The position numbers and the translations under genes were made by a program. 64,000 nucleotides of DNA from contig OZ241857.1 of assembly GCA_965203315.1 (NCBI GenBank), positions 480,001 through 544,000 on the forward strand. Direction: 5' to 3'. The notes below the pieces were generated by a model that was not told the origin of the DNA, did not search any database, and saw nothing but the letters and a program-made list of their open reading frames with translations. Numbering within the stretch: position 1 is the first letter of the stretch; each line of letters opens with the position of its first letter. This stretch comes from Nitrosopumilus sp. (lineage in GTDB: Archaea; Thermoproteota; Nitrososphaeria; Nitrososphaerales; Nitrosopumilaceae). Shown here piece after piece: positions 1 to 8,155 of the stretch.

Positions 1-361
1 TCACTGCCTTTTGATAGTTTAGACGCTCTCTGAGCATAGTTGACATCTTGTTTCTAAATCGATATAATTTGCCATGCTGTCTGTTGCTTATTGTTACTGT
101 ATTGCCAAGGTTTAATCGTAGTGCTTCTCGATATGTCTGATCAAGTGCAACTGTCTTTCCCTCAACAACTTTGGTGTTTCTAGAATACTTGTGACTGTTG
201 GATATACATACAGCATGTATTTTTAGTCCATTATACGTCAAGAGCACTTGGTCTCTCTCACGAATCTTTTCCTTATTCATGTCGTTTTTATGTAAGATTA
301 TTATAAAATCACACATAGGTTGAGTCGTAACATTTGTGTGCGTTACTGTTAGTTCTAGCAT
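1..361 (-). CDS. Partial ORF running off the window; CDC48/VAT N-terminal double-psi beta-barrel-like domain
   Basis: Manual translation MLELTVT...IIILHKNDMNKEKIRERDQVLLTYNG...TVALDQTYREALRLNLGNTVTI resembles the CDC48_N pattern; not in the ORF track because no stop is in the window. Confidence 0.5.
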   Translation of the reverse strand, partial: MLELTVTHTNVTTQPMCDFIIILHKNDMNKEKIRERDQVLLTYNGLKIHAVCISNSHKYSRNTKVVEGKTVALDQTYREALRLNLGNTVTISNRQHGKLYRFRNKMSTMLRERLNYQKAV

Positions 362-490
362 CGATTCATAGTTGGCACTATCTTTTAATATAGCATATCA
401 TGTTCAAAATTGACGATTTTGTCAAAAATACTAGACAATTGATATTAGCTCTAGTACCAGATGAACTAGGCATACAAGCGAATCTACACA

Positions 491-826
491 CTAGTCCAAG
501 AGATATGACTTTGTGAGTATGTCAGATGTCCGTACACCATCAGATTCATCGTTTGTTGTTACATTTGTATTGGATTGTGGTTTATCAACAGTTTTTTGTG
601 TATTTGTATAATCCTCTGGTTTGATACCGAGACGCAACATGTGTAGCTGCTCATCAAGATCAATTCCAAGTCTATCTAGTTTCTCTTTGTGTTCATACAA
701 GAATGCAATGTCTTGCGCAATCTCGTCTATTCGTTTACGTAAGCGATGTTTGTACGCGTATCGTTTTGTAGGCTCCAAAGTACGTGGCGATGTAATCACA
801 CGTTTTTCTTTGACACTTAGAGCCAT
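491..826 (-). CDS. Small basic protein, paralog 3 of the actin-associated triplet
   Basis: MALSVKEKRVITSP...YKHRLRKRIDEIAQDIAFL; GAGGTG RBS before ATG 826. Confidence 0.75.
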   Translation of the reverse strand: MALSVKEKRVITSPRTLEPTKRYAYKHRLRKRIDEIAQDIAFLYEHKEKLDRLGIDLDEQLHMLRLGIKPEDYTNTQKTVDKPQSNTNVTTNDESDGVRTSDILTKSYLLD

Positions 827-908
827 GTTGACCACCTCGACACATTCATGGTACAGACATGTGTTCTGATCTTTGCATCTGTTTCAAAGTTCAATAAACA
901 TCTCAAAT

Positions 909-1244
909 CTACCAACCTCCATTCTCCTGATATCGTCTACTCTTTGATGTGCTAGATTGTTCAATATTTGATACGGATTTGCTCTCCGTATCGGAATGTT
1001 GTGACTGAATCGTATGCGGTATGTGTAATTTATCTGGCATCTTGTATGTACAATTCAACATTGAATAGTCCTCAATCTTGATTCCAATGCCAGACAGTTG
1101 TTCAATATTATCATTTAAGAACGTCACGTCATCTTGTATCTCCTTTAGTCTTTTACGTAGGCGATGTTTGTACAGACTCTTGTTTGCAGGAGAAAATGTT
1201 GCAGGTGCGGTTACTATTTGTCTCTCTCTAATACTCAAACCCAT
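909..1244 (-). CDS. Small basic protein, paralog 2 of the actin-associated triplet
   Basis: Start reassigned to ATG 1244 (MGLSIRERQIVTAP...YKHRLRKRLKEIQDDVTFL) by alignment to paralogs. Confidence 0.75.
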   Translation of the reverse strand: MGLSIRERQIVTAPATFSPANKSLYKHRLRKRLKEIQDDVTFLNDNIEQLSGIGIKIEDYSMLNCTYKMPDKLHIPHTIQSQHSDTESKSVSNIEQSSTSKSRRYQENGGW

Positions 1245-1311
1245 CTCGACCACTCCATATTTACAGATATTGGCTCTGTATGTGTACCTGTCTTGTAGAT
1301 CAGCAAGGGTT

Positions 1312-1611
1312 TCAAGCAGATCGACTCCTGTTATCTCGTAATCGTTTATTGGTACATTTGCAGTTTCGTTCTTTGATGTGTACGACAGACTTTGAGTCTG
1401 TATCGGATTTATCATATTTTGATATTAAAAGATAGTCATCAATTTTAATCCCCAGACTAGCTAGATGCTCAATGTTATTACACAAGAATTCTAGATCATC
1501 TGCTATCTCTTTTAGTCTAGTTCGGATACGGCGCTTGTATAATTTCTTGTTTGCAGCAGACAAGACTCCTGGCGAACTGACCACTTGTCTCTCTATATCA
1601 CTTAGACACAT
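1312..1611 (-). CDS. Small basic protein, paralog 1 of the actin-associated triplet
   Basis: MCLSDIERQVVSSP...YKRRIRTRLKEIADDLEFL; start overlaps the end of the actin gene. Confidence 0.75.
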   Translation of the reverse strand: MCLSDIERQVVSSPGVLSAANKKLYKRRIRTRLKEIADDLEFLCNNIEHLASLGIKIDDYLLISKYDKSDTDSKSVVHIKERNCKCTNKRLRDNRSRSA

Positions 1612-2468
1612 TTTGCCTGCCTCAACATTCCTAGTGCGTTTGCAAATACTGGCTCTTTAGCTACTTGTAAATTGGATATCGTATCGTTTCTGATCTCTGA
1701 TATCAACTTTGGTATTAATGCTCCTCCGCCTGCACATATTACAGGTAGGTTTGAATAATTTAAAACGACCTTTTCTAATGCATTTGAAATCGTACCTGCT
1801 AAAACTTTACGATACTGTGCTAGCTCGTTATCTCGTCTCTGAAATACAGTACTGTCTAGATACTCTACCATCGAAGTAGATATGGCATCTGTGATATCTC
1901 CAACTCCGTTCATTATAGTCTGACCATACGCAATATCGTCTCCAATCACTACCATTATCTCGGTTGTACCGTGGCCGATATGACATACGATACCATTCTG
2001 TATATTCTCATGTATCAGAGTGGCGCGTGCTTGGTACATCATTCCAAAGAACTTTGGTTTGAATCTCTCTACAACTGCAGCCTTGATCTGTTTTGATTTA
2101 TGTCGAGCTACATAAGGTATACCTGCGACTATAATCAAATCTTCATAGCTCTTTGGAGCATTATAGATGGGTTCTGTATGCGCCTTGAGAACTCTGTCCA
2201 AGGCATGTTGTATCAGAGCTAGATAGTCTCTCATGGATGTAGGCGCACCTCTATACACGGGAGTCTTTAGAACTATGGAGCGAATCGGTTCTAGCTTTAC
2301 TGCCGCATCACCTACTGCATACACTTCACTAGATTGATTGAGATCTAGTTTGTGCCCTCTTGCAATAACTGATGGAAACTTGAACTGTTGTGTACTGGTT
2401 GCGACCTTGACAGTCCCAGTCCCAATGTCTAGTCCAACTGTATTCAGATTCAACAATCTATACAGCAA
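1602..2468 (-). CDS. Actin-like ATPase (ParM/StbA/MreB-like)
   Basis: Actin-fold motifs GLDIGTGTVK (phosphate 1), HIGHGTT (phosphate 2), AGGGA (adenosine), PVFANALG (connect 2). Confidence 0.88.
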   Translation of the reverse strand: MLYRLLNLNTVGLDIGTGTVKVATSTQQFKFPSVIARGHKLDLNQSSEVYAVGDAAVKLEPIRSIVLKTPVYRGAPTSMRDYLALIQHALDRVLKAHTEPIYNAPKSYEDLIIVAGIPYVARHKSKQIKAAVVERFKPKFFGMMYQARATLIHENIQNGIVCHIGHGTTEIMVVIGDDIAYGQTIMNGVGDITDAISTSMVEYLDSTVFQRRDNELAQYRKVLAGTISNALEKVVLNYSNLPVICAGGGALIPKLISEIRNDTISNLQVAKEPVFANALGMLRQAKCV

Positions 2469-2857
2469 GTTTTGAATTTAAAGCGAAAAAAATACTCCAA
2501 AGATCTTACATAATAGTAGATGAAAATCTTTGAGCATTGTGGAAGATATTTTTGCTCGCAAAACAACCATAACAAAAACCTCCTTAATACAACAAATACA
2601 CTACTAGGCGTAAAAACAGCAAAACACAGCTAACATTTGAACGATAACACGATTAACCTTATCGTCAAGATTAGACGACAAATCGATCTCTGCAAACCAA
2701 AATCAAACCATAGATCTACTATCACGGTGTAAGATTATTCTGGATTTCCTCCTTTGAAAAATGTCTCAATCCGCCAAGAATTCACAAAACTTTTGCAGCT
2801 GTCAAGTATCACCGTGTTTAGTTCAAGGTTAGCTTTTGCTGTCTCAATTGAAAAGAG

Positions 2858-3553
2858 ATGAATCGTACAAAAGAATCCAAACCACAACACAGCACGGACT
2901 GTCCGACATACACACCACCAAACTGTTCACGTGCACTTCCAACAGATACCGAACCAAAACGCAATCTAATAAAATACCTGCCAATCGGTCTGAGTATAAT
3001 TGCCCTAGTATGTGCAATCGTTCTCACATATCCGAACTGGAGCGACAGCGCAACATCTCTACTAGGTGAATTCAAAGAAGGCAGTGTCTCATTTGGAGAG
3101 AGGCTTGAATCATTTGGTAGAGGAACATCAACAGCTTTTCACAACTCTTTCCTACAAGATGAATCTACAGAGATAGAATCTCCAAATGTAGACATAATCC
3201 GTGTAGGTGCAGCTGTAGTAAAACACACAGACAAACCAATAACAAACACAACAGCAGCTAGTACACTAACAAACGCAACGACAGTCAACACAGAAATCCA
3301 AACCAACAATACAAAAAACAAACAATACACAGCATCTAGTACATTTGAACAAGAGATGTACAACTGTCTTTTGCGGACAGGTGGACTAGAAGCAGTTGTA
3401 ATGTGCGAACGAGAAGGTACCATGTACTTTGTTGTGGATGAGCCCCAAGATACAGCAGTTCGATATCAGACCAATCTAACCATTGCCGATGACAGATACT
3501 TTGTCATTTATGAGCAGGGTAGAGAACAACACATCCTCGAGTTGTATCCCTAG
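2858..3553 (+). CDS. Membrane-anchored hypothetical protein with Thr-rich linker
   Basis: 231-aa ORF, one hydrophobic segment (LPIGLSIIALVCAIVLTY). Confidence 0.7.
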   Translation: MNRTKESKPQHSTDCPTYTPPNCSRALPTDTEPKRNLIKYLPIGLSIIALVCAIVLTYPNWSDSATSLLGEFKEGSVSFGERLESFGRGTSTAFHNSFLQDESTEIESPNVDIIRVGAAVVKHTDKPITNTTAASTLTNATTVNTEIQTNNTKNKQYTASSTFEQEMYNCLLRTGGLEAVVMCEREGTMYFVVDEPQDTAVRYQTNLTIADDRYFVIYEQGREQHILELYP

Positions 3554-3631
3554 AGCTCAGCATGCCAGTAATGGCACATCCTCTCTTTTTTCTAATTTTA
3601 CAATACAATCTTGAAATTTTACGCTACCCAC

Positions 3632-3726
3632 AGGGGCGAGACAGGCGATGATTATTCACCCAGCACTGAGAGAGTTTGACCCCTCTCAATGATGAATCTG
3701 GCGTTGTATGAGTCCTCGAATCCCCT
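3632..3726 (+). ncRNA. C/D unit A1 (BHB-flanked)
   Basis: ATGATTA-ttcacccagca-CTGA-hairpin-ATGATGA-atctggcgttgt-ATGA. Confidence 0.75.
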
Positions 3727-3767
3727 ACTTTATAATTCTCACTTTTCGCCAGATTTGGCTTTTGTAA

Positions 3768-3834
3768 AGTGAGGGCGATGATGAGAGAAACGACGTCTGA
3801 CTCTGATGGGCGTTACGATAACTGAGCCCTCACT
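3768..3834 (+). ncRNA. C/D unit B1
   Basis: agtgagggc/gccctcact stem; ATGATGA-gagaaacgacgt-CTGA..CTGATGG-gcgttacgataa-CTGA. Confidence 0.85.
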
Positions 3835-3868
3835 GTATGTACATTTCTTCTAACTATTAACTGTAATC

Positions 3869-3960
3869 GGGCGAGACAGGCGATGATGAGACGGAGCTAT
3901 ATGAGAGGGCATAGCCCCCTCAATGATTAGAGCCTGTTAATCAGAGTCCTCGAATCCCCT
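3869..3960 (+). ncRNA. C/D unit A2 (BHB-flanked)
   Basis: ATGATGA-gacggagctat-ATGA-hairpin-ATGATTA-gagcctgttaat-CAGA. Confidence 0.7.
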
Positions 3961-4001
3961 ACTTAATAATTTTCACTTTCAGCCAGATTTGGCTTTTGTA
4001 A

Positions 4002-4070
4002 AGTGAGGGCGATGATGAGAGAAACGAAATCTGACTCCATGATGAGTTACGACTAGTCTGAGCCCTCACT
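4002..4070 (+). ncRNA. C/D unit B2
   Basis: 9-bp terminal stem; ATGATGA-gagaaacgaaat-CTGA..ATGATGA-gttacgactagt-CTGA, all four boxes consensus. Confidence 0.9.
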
Positions 4071-4105
4071 GTCTGTACATTTCTTCTAACTATTAACTGT
4101 AATCT

Positions 4106-4196
4106 GGCGAGACAGACGATGAAGAGTAAGAACTCCACTGAGAGTGTTTGACCCCTCTCAATGATGAATGAGTTGCACAGAGTCCTCGAATCCCCT
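4106..4196 (+). ncRNA. C/D unit A3 (BHB-flanked)
   Basis: ATGAAGA-gtaagaactcca-CTGA-hairpin-ATGATGA-atgagttgca-CAGA. Confidence 0.7.
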
Positions 4197-4236
4197 ACTT
4201 AATAATTCTCGCTTGTTGCCAGATTTGGCTTTGTAA

Positions 4237-4307
4237 AGTGAGGGCAATGATGAGTGAAACGACGTCTGACATCTAGTGATGAAAGATAACCTGTCTGAGC
4301 CCTCACT
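4237..4307 (+). ncRNA. C/D unit B3
   Basis: 9-bp terminal stem; ATGATGA-gtgaaacgacgt-CTGA..GTGATGA-aagataacctgt-CTGA, all four boxes consensus. Confidence 0.9.
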
Positions 4308-4343
4308 GTTTGTACATTTTGCTAGCTATTAACTGTACTTGGC

Positions 4344-4430
4344 CGCGACAGACGATGATTATTAACTCAACACTGAGAGAAGATACTCCTCTCATTGATG
4401 AATCTGGCGTTGTAAGTCATCGAATTCACC
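4344..4430 (+). ncRNA. C/D unit A4 (degenerate)
   Basis: ATGATTA-ttaactcaaca-CTGA-hairpin-TTGATGA-atctggcgttgt; D box and BHB helix decayed. Confidence 0.55.
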
Positions 4431-4470
4431 ATGTTAGAATTATCCCTTTTCGCCAGATTTGGCTTTGTAA

Positions 4471-4537
4471 AGTGAGGGCAATGATGAGTGAAACGACTTC
4501 TGACTCTGATGAGTTACGACTAGTTTGAGCCCTCGCT
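4471..4537 (+). ncRNA. C/D unit B4
   Basis: ATGATGA-gtgaaacgactt-CTGA..CTGATGA-gttacgactagt-TTGA within agtgagggc/gccctcgct stem. Confidence 0.8.
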
Positions 4538-4569
4538 TGCTGTACATTTCGTCGAGTTATTACATCTAC

Positions 4570-4666
4570 AGGGGCGAGACAGACGATGAGGATGGATAGG
4601 AAATCTGAGGGCGTTTGACCACCTCTCAATGATGAACGAATCACATTCCGAGTCCTCGAACCCCCT
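4570..4666 (+). ncRNA. C/D unit A5 (BHB-flanked)
   Basis: ATGAGGA-tggataggaaat-CTGA-loop-ATGATGA-acgaatcacatt-CCGA; perfect agggg-cgag-aca-gac / gtc-ctcg-aac-cccct. Confidence 0.75.
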
Positions 4667-4725
4667 CATACTTTCTCTACTTATTTAGGTTGAGAATGGA
4701 CACGCTTGAATCACAAAGCGCATAG

Positions 4726-5118
4726 TTGGTCATCGTAAGGACCAAAATTACAGTGAACATATTAAAACTGTTCATCTGTGTAGTCGACACAGCAAAAAAT
4801 CGTCCAAGTGTATGCAGAAATTCAAAGAGCAATGACGGATGTCTAGAATTTCTGCGACAAGATCTCAAGTATCGTGAGGCAAAGTTTGGTCTTACAGATG
4901 ACGAGCTCTACTGTATGAACTTTATCAAACTAGAGCGCAAATACTTTGAGAGAGAATCAAATTTCACACATACACGTAATGAATCTATTACGTCCTTCAA
5001 CGAGGAGTGTGCGAAATATTGTCCTACTCCCTCAGACGTTTATGGGAGTGTACGTCATTTTTACGAGCACTTGGACAAACTAGAGAGAATGCGAGAAGTT
5101 AATCGACAATTCGTATGA
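4726..5118 (+). CDS. Hypothetical protein directly downstream of the C/D array
   Basis: 130-aa ORF followed by a T-run; no recognisable domain; start uncertain. Confidence 0.5.
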   Translation: MVIVRTKITVNILKLFICVVDTAKNRPSVCRNSKSNDGCLEFLRQDLKYREAKFGLTDDELYCMNFIKLERKYFERESNFTHTRNESITSFNEECAKYCPTPSDVYGSVRHFYEHLDKLERMREVNRQFV

Positions 5119-5211
5119 TCTCAAATCACCTATTTTTTGGTGACTGGACAAAAATCTCATAACCACAATACTCTTGAAAAAGAGCCGACCAGCGGGTGGG
5201 TGTGGAGATAG

Positions 5212-5272
5212 TGAACCATATTGCATATCCTACTGTACGATCCTAGTTCAAGGAGTGTAGGCTGAGTGTAAC
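5212..5272 (+). promoter_or_regulatory. Pseudoknot leader motif copy 1
   Basis: tgaac-cat-long stem; hairpin tcct-agttca-agga whose loop pairs with tgaac. Confidence 0.6.
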
Positions 5273-5285
5273 AATTGAAAAAAGC

Positions 5286-5894
5286 ATGAGCGACGAAAAA
5301 ACCAACAGACTATCTCGTAGAGAACAGATTCGCAAGTCTCTCAGAGACAATACAAAGTATACGTCGATTCTAACTGCAGGTGTATCGGCACTTGTGATGG
5401 GAGTTATGGCACTACTTGTAACTCCACCAGAACAAGATGCATATGCGCTAGCAATCATGGGAATCGGCATATCCTTTATTATCGCAAGTATCGTAGGGCT
5501 GATAATGGCATCGCAGACAGATGAGATTGCAGCTCGTATTTATGAGCGATTCGACAGACAAGATGAATTAGCAGAGAGACGTCATCAAGAGATGATATCA
5601 GTACTCAAAGAGATATCCAATAAACTAGACGCATTAGACAAGCTAGACAAGCTAGATGTCATGGATAGTAAACTGGACGTCATAGTCAACAACACCACCA
5701 AACTGGATGTCATAGTCAACAAACTAGACACCATAGACAACAACACCACCACCAAACTGGATGTCATAGTCAACAAACTAGACACCATAGACAACAACAC
5801 CACCACCAAACTGGATGTCATAGTCAACAAACTAGACACCATAGACAGTAAACTAGACACCATAGACAACAACACTAGACCATCTAATGCGTAG
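5286..5894 (+). CDS. 2TM + coiled-coil repeat protein, tandem copy 1
   Basis: Two hydrophobic helices then KLDVIVNKLDTIDNNTTT repeats. Confidence 0.85.
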   Translation: MSDEKTNRLSRREQIRKSLRDNTKYTSILTAGVSALVMGVMALLVTPPEQDAYALAIMGIGISFIIASIVGLIMASQTDEIAARIYERFDRQDELAERRHQEMISVLKEISNKLDALDKLDKLDVMDSKLDVIVNNTTKLDVIVNKLDTIDNNTTTKLDVIVNKLDTIDNNTTTKLDVIVNKLDTIDSKLDTIDNNTRPSNA

Positions 5895-6003
5895 CAAAAA
5901 ACCCAAAATCTTTTTTCTCGACTGAGACGTAAATCCCAAACCCGCATGGAATTTCTAATTTCCCCACACACTAGACTCAGCTAGGCAGGGTGTGCGGATT
6001 AAC

Positions 6004-6066
6004 TGAACCATATCTCATATTCCTGTACGTATAATCTAGTTCAGAGAGTACCAGGTTGAGTGAGAC
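6004..6066 (+). promoter_or_regulatory. Pseudoknot leader motif copy 2 (repeated at 6768-6830 and 7478-7540)
   Basis: tgaac-cat-tctca..cctgtac / gtaccagg..tgaga stem with an agttca loop. Confidence 0.55.
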
Positions 6067-6079
6067 AATTGAAAAAAGC

Positions 6080-6658
6080 ATGAGCGACGAAAAAACCAAC
6101 AGACTATCTCGTAGAGAACAGATTCGCAAGTCTCTCAGAGACAATACAAAGTATACGTCGATTCTAACTGCAGGTGTATCGGCACTTGTGATGGGAGTTA
6201 TGGCACTACTTGTAACTCCACCAGAACAAGATGCATATGCGCTAGCAATCATGGGAATCGGCATATCCTTTATTATCGCAAGTATCGTAGGGCTGATAAT
6301 GGCATCGCAGACAGATGAGATTGCAGCTCGTATTTATGAGCGATTCGACAGACAAGATGAATTAGCAGAGAGACGTCATCAAGAGATGATATCAGTACTC
6401 AAAGAGATATCCAATAAACTAGACGCATTAGACAAGCTAGACAAGCTAGATGTCATGGATAGTAAACTGGATGTCATAGTCAACAAACTAGACACCATAG
6501 ACAACAACACCACCACCAAACTGGATGTCATAGTCAACAAACTAGACACCATAGACAACAACACCACCACCAAACTGGATGTCATAGTCAACAAACTAGA
6601 CACCATAGACAGTAAACTAGACACCATAGACAACAACACTAGACCATCTAATGCGTAG
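6080..6658 (+). CDS. 2TM + coiled-coil repeat protein, tandem copy 2
   Basis: Same N-terminus as copy 1 from ATG 6080; 192 aa. Confidence 0.85.
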   Translation: MSDEKTNRLSRREQIRKSLRDNTKYTSILTAGVSALVMGVMALLVTPPEQDAYALAIMGIGISFIIASIVGLIMASQTDEIAARIYERFDRQDELAERRHQEMISVLKEISNKLDALDKLDKLDVMDSKLDVIVNKLDTIDNNTTTKLDVIVNKLDTIDNNTTTKLDVIVNKLDTIDSKLDTIDNNTRPSNA

Positions 6659-6843
6659 CAAAAAACCCAAAATCTTTTTTCTCGACTGAGACGTAAATCC
6701 CAAACCCGCATGGAATTTCTAATTTCCCCACACACTAGACTCAGCTAGGCAGGGTGTGCGGATTAACTGAACCATATCTCATATTCCTGTACGTATAATC
6801 TAGTTCAGAGAGTACCAGGTTGAGTGAGACAATTGAAAAAAGC

Positions 6844-7368
6844 ATGAGCGACGAAAAAACCAACAGACTATCTCGTAGAGAACAGATTCGCAAGTCTCTC
6901 AGAGACAATACAAAGTATACGTCGATTCTAACTGCAGGTGTATCGGCACTTGTGATGGGAGTTATGGCACTACTTGTAACTCCACCAGAACAAGATGCAT
7001 ATGCGCTAGCAATCATGGGAATCGGCATATCCTTTATTATCGCAAGTATCGTAGGGCTGATAATGGCATCGCAGACAGATGAGATTGCAGCTCGTATTTA
7101 TGAGCGATTCGACAGACAAGATGAATTAGCAGAGAGACGTCATCAAGAGATGATATCAGTACTCAAAGAGATATCCAATAAACTAGACGCATTAGACAAG
7201 CTAGACAAGCTAGATGTCATGGATAGTAAACTGGATGTCATAGTCAACAAACTAGACACCATAGACAACAACACCACCACCAAACTGGATGTCATAGTCA
7301 ACAAACTAGACACCATAGACAGTAAACTAGACACCATAGACAACAACACTAGACCATCTAATGCGTAG
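6844..7368 (+). CDS. 2TM + coiled-coil repeat protein, tandem copy 3
   Basis: Same N-terminus from ATG 6844; one 54-bp repeat fewer than copy 2; 174 aa. Confidence 0.85.
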   Translation: MSDEKTNRLSRREQIRKSLRDNTKYTSILTAGVSALVMGVMALLVTPPEQDAYALAIMGIGISFIIASIVGLIMASQTDEIAARIYERFDRQDELAERRHQEMISVLKEISNKLDALDKLDKLDVMDSKLDVIVNKLDTIDNNTTTKLDVIVNKLDTIDSKLDTIDNNTRPSNA

Positions 7369-7533
7369 CAAAAAACCCAAAATCTTTTTTCTCGACTGAG
7401 ACGTAAATCCCAAACCCGCATGGAATTTCTAATTTCCCCACACACTAGACTCAGCTAGGCAGGGTGTGCGGATTAACTGAACCATATCTCATATTCCTGT
7501 ACGTATAATCTAGTTCAGAGAGTACCAGGTTGA

Positions 7534-7857
7534 GTGAGATATTTGGTGTATGGAATGCCATCCCAAATAGCAAGCGTAGGCGTGATTACGCATGACCGAG
7601 AGAACAAACTCGGTAAACAAATGTGCGCAGATATTCAAGTAGAATATCGGTGTAGAGTCAGCTGTGACGGTAGTTATGGAATGCTCGACATGTATGATAT
7701 CGAGTGTGATGACTGCATGACCAGATGCGAGTCTACATACACGATTCTCTTATTCGATGTGATAAGAGATGACGATTCAGCACTCCTAGCTCGATATCAA
7801 ACTAGAATCGAACTAGCACGACTAAGGCGCATACTAGATTTACTAGAACGAATATAG
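7534..7857 (+). CDS. Hypothetical Cys-containing protein
   Basis: CRVSC and CDDC motifs; follows leader copy 4; true start may be ATG 7555. Confidence 0.6.
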   Translation: MRYLVYGMPSQIASVGVITHDRENKLGKQMCADIQVEYRCRVSCDGSYGMLDMYDIECDDCMTRCESTYTILLFDVIRDDDSALLARYQTRIELARLRRILDLLERI

Positions 7858-8079
7858 TCTATGTAAATACTAGTCAAACCAATTTTTTCCTCTATTTTCT
7901 TTGAGGCTTGTACATCTGATGAGATATCATGTGAGTGGTTGTATATTGTTGATTCCACATTACATCTTTTGAAAGATCAGCGTGTTTACCAATCTTGTAG
8001 AACGAGATACAGATTGGTTATTTCATCTGATGATAAACTAGGACATCAAACAAGGTGTCAGTCCCAGAGGGACGAAAAA

Positions 8080-8138
8080 TAGCCATGTCTCATACTCCTA
8101 TCATTTCGAGCCAAGCTAGTGGCGATAGGTTGAGAGAG
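8080..8138 (+). promoter_or_regulatory. Pseudoknot leader motif copy 5
   Basis: tagc-cat-stem; hairpin gcca-agctag-tggc whose loop gcta pairs with tagc. Confidence 0.6.
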
Positions 8139-8155
8139 AAGTGCAGGTGATTGCT

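Larger units (their letters stand above)
3632..4666 (+). ncRNA. Tandem array of nine box C/D guide-RNA-like units (5 type A alternating with 4 type B, period about 235 bp)
   Basis: Each unit: terminal stem, C box (ATGATGA-like), 11-12 nt variable guide, D' (CTGA), C' (TGATGA-like), 10-12 nt variable guide, D box, closing stem. Confidence 0.88.
5272..7540 (+). repeat. Near-identical tandem triplication of gene plus downstream intergenic unit
   Basis: Intergenic blocks at 5895, 6659 and 7369 appear identical (spacing 764 and 710 bp); copies differ in internal repeat number. Confidence 0.95.

Noticed and set aside
1245-1415. N-terminal extension of ORF 909-1415
   Set aside because: Overlaps the upstream paralog; homology begins at ATG 1244
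3768-4537. Hammerhead ribozymes (CTGATGA and GAAAC present)
   Set aside because: Stems I-III cannot be formed around the core; the spacing fits C/D boxes instead
4310-4644. ORFs 4310-4528 (+) and 4426-4644 (-)
   Set aside because: Chance frames across the RNA array, not preserved between repeat units
3632-4666. CRISPR array
   Set aside because: Variable parts are only 10-12 nt between C/D boxes, the period is about 235 bp, and no cas genes are present
4726-5118. Tas/Nop-domain effector for the array
   Set aside because: Short, and I see no Nop, RuvC or HNH motif; a profile search is needed to exclude it fully
5585-7445. Minus-strand Ser/Leu-rich ORFs (also 13397-13682)
   Set aside because: Antisense shadows of the repeat-containing coiled-coil genes
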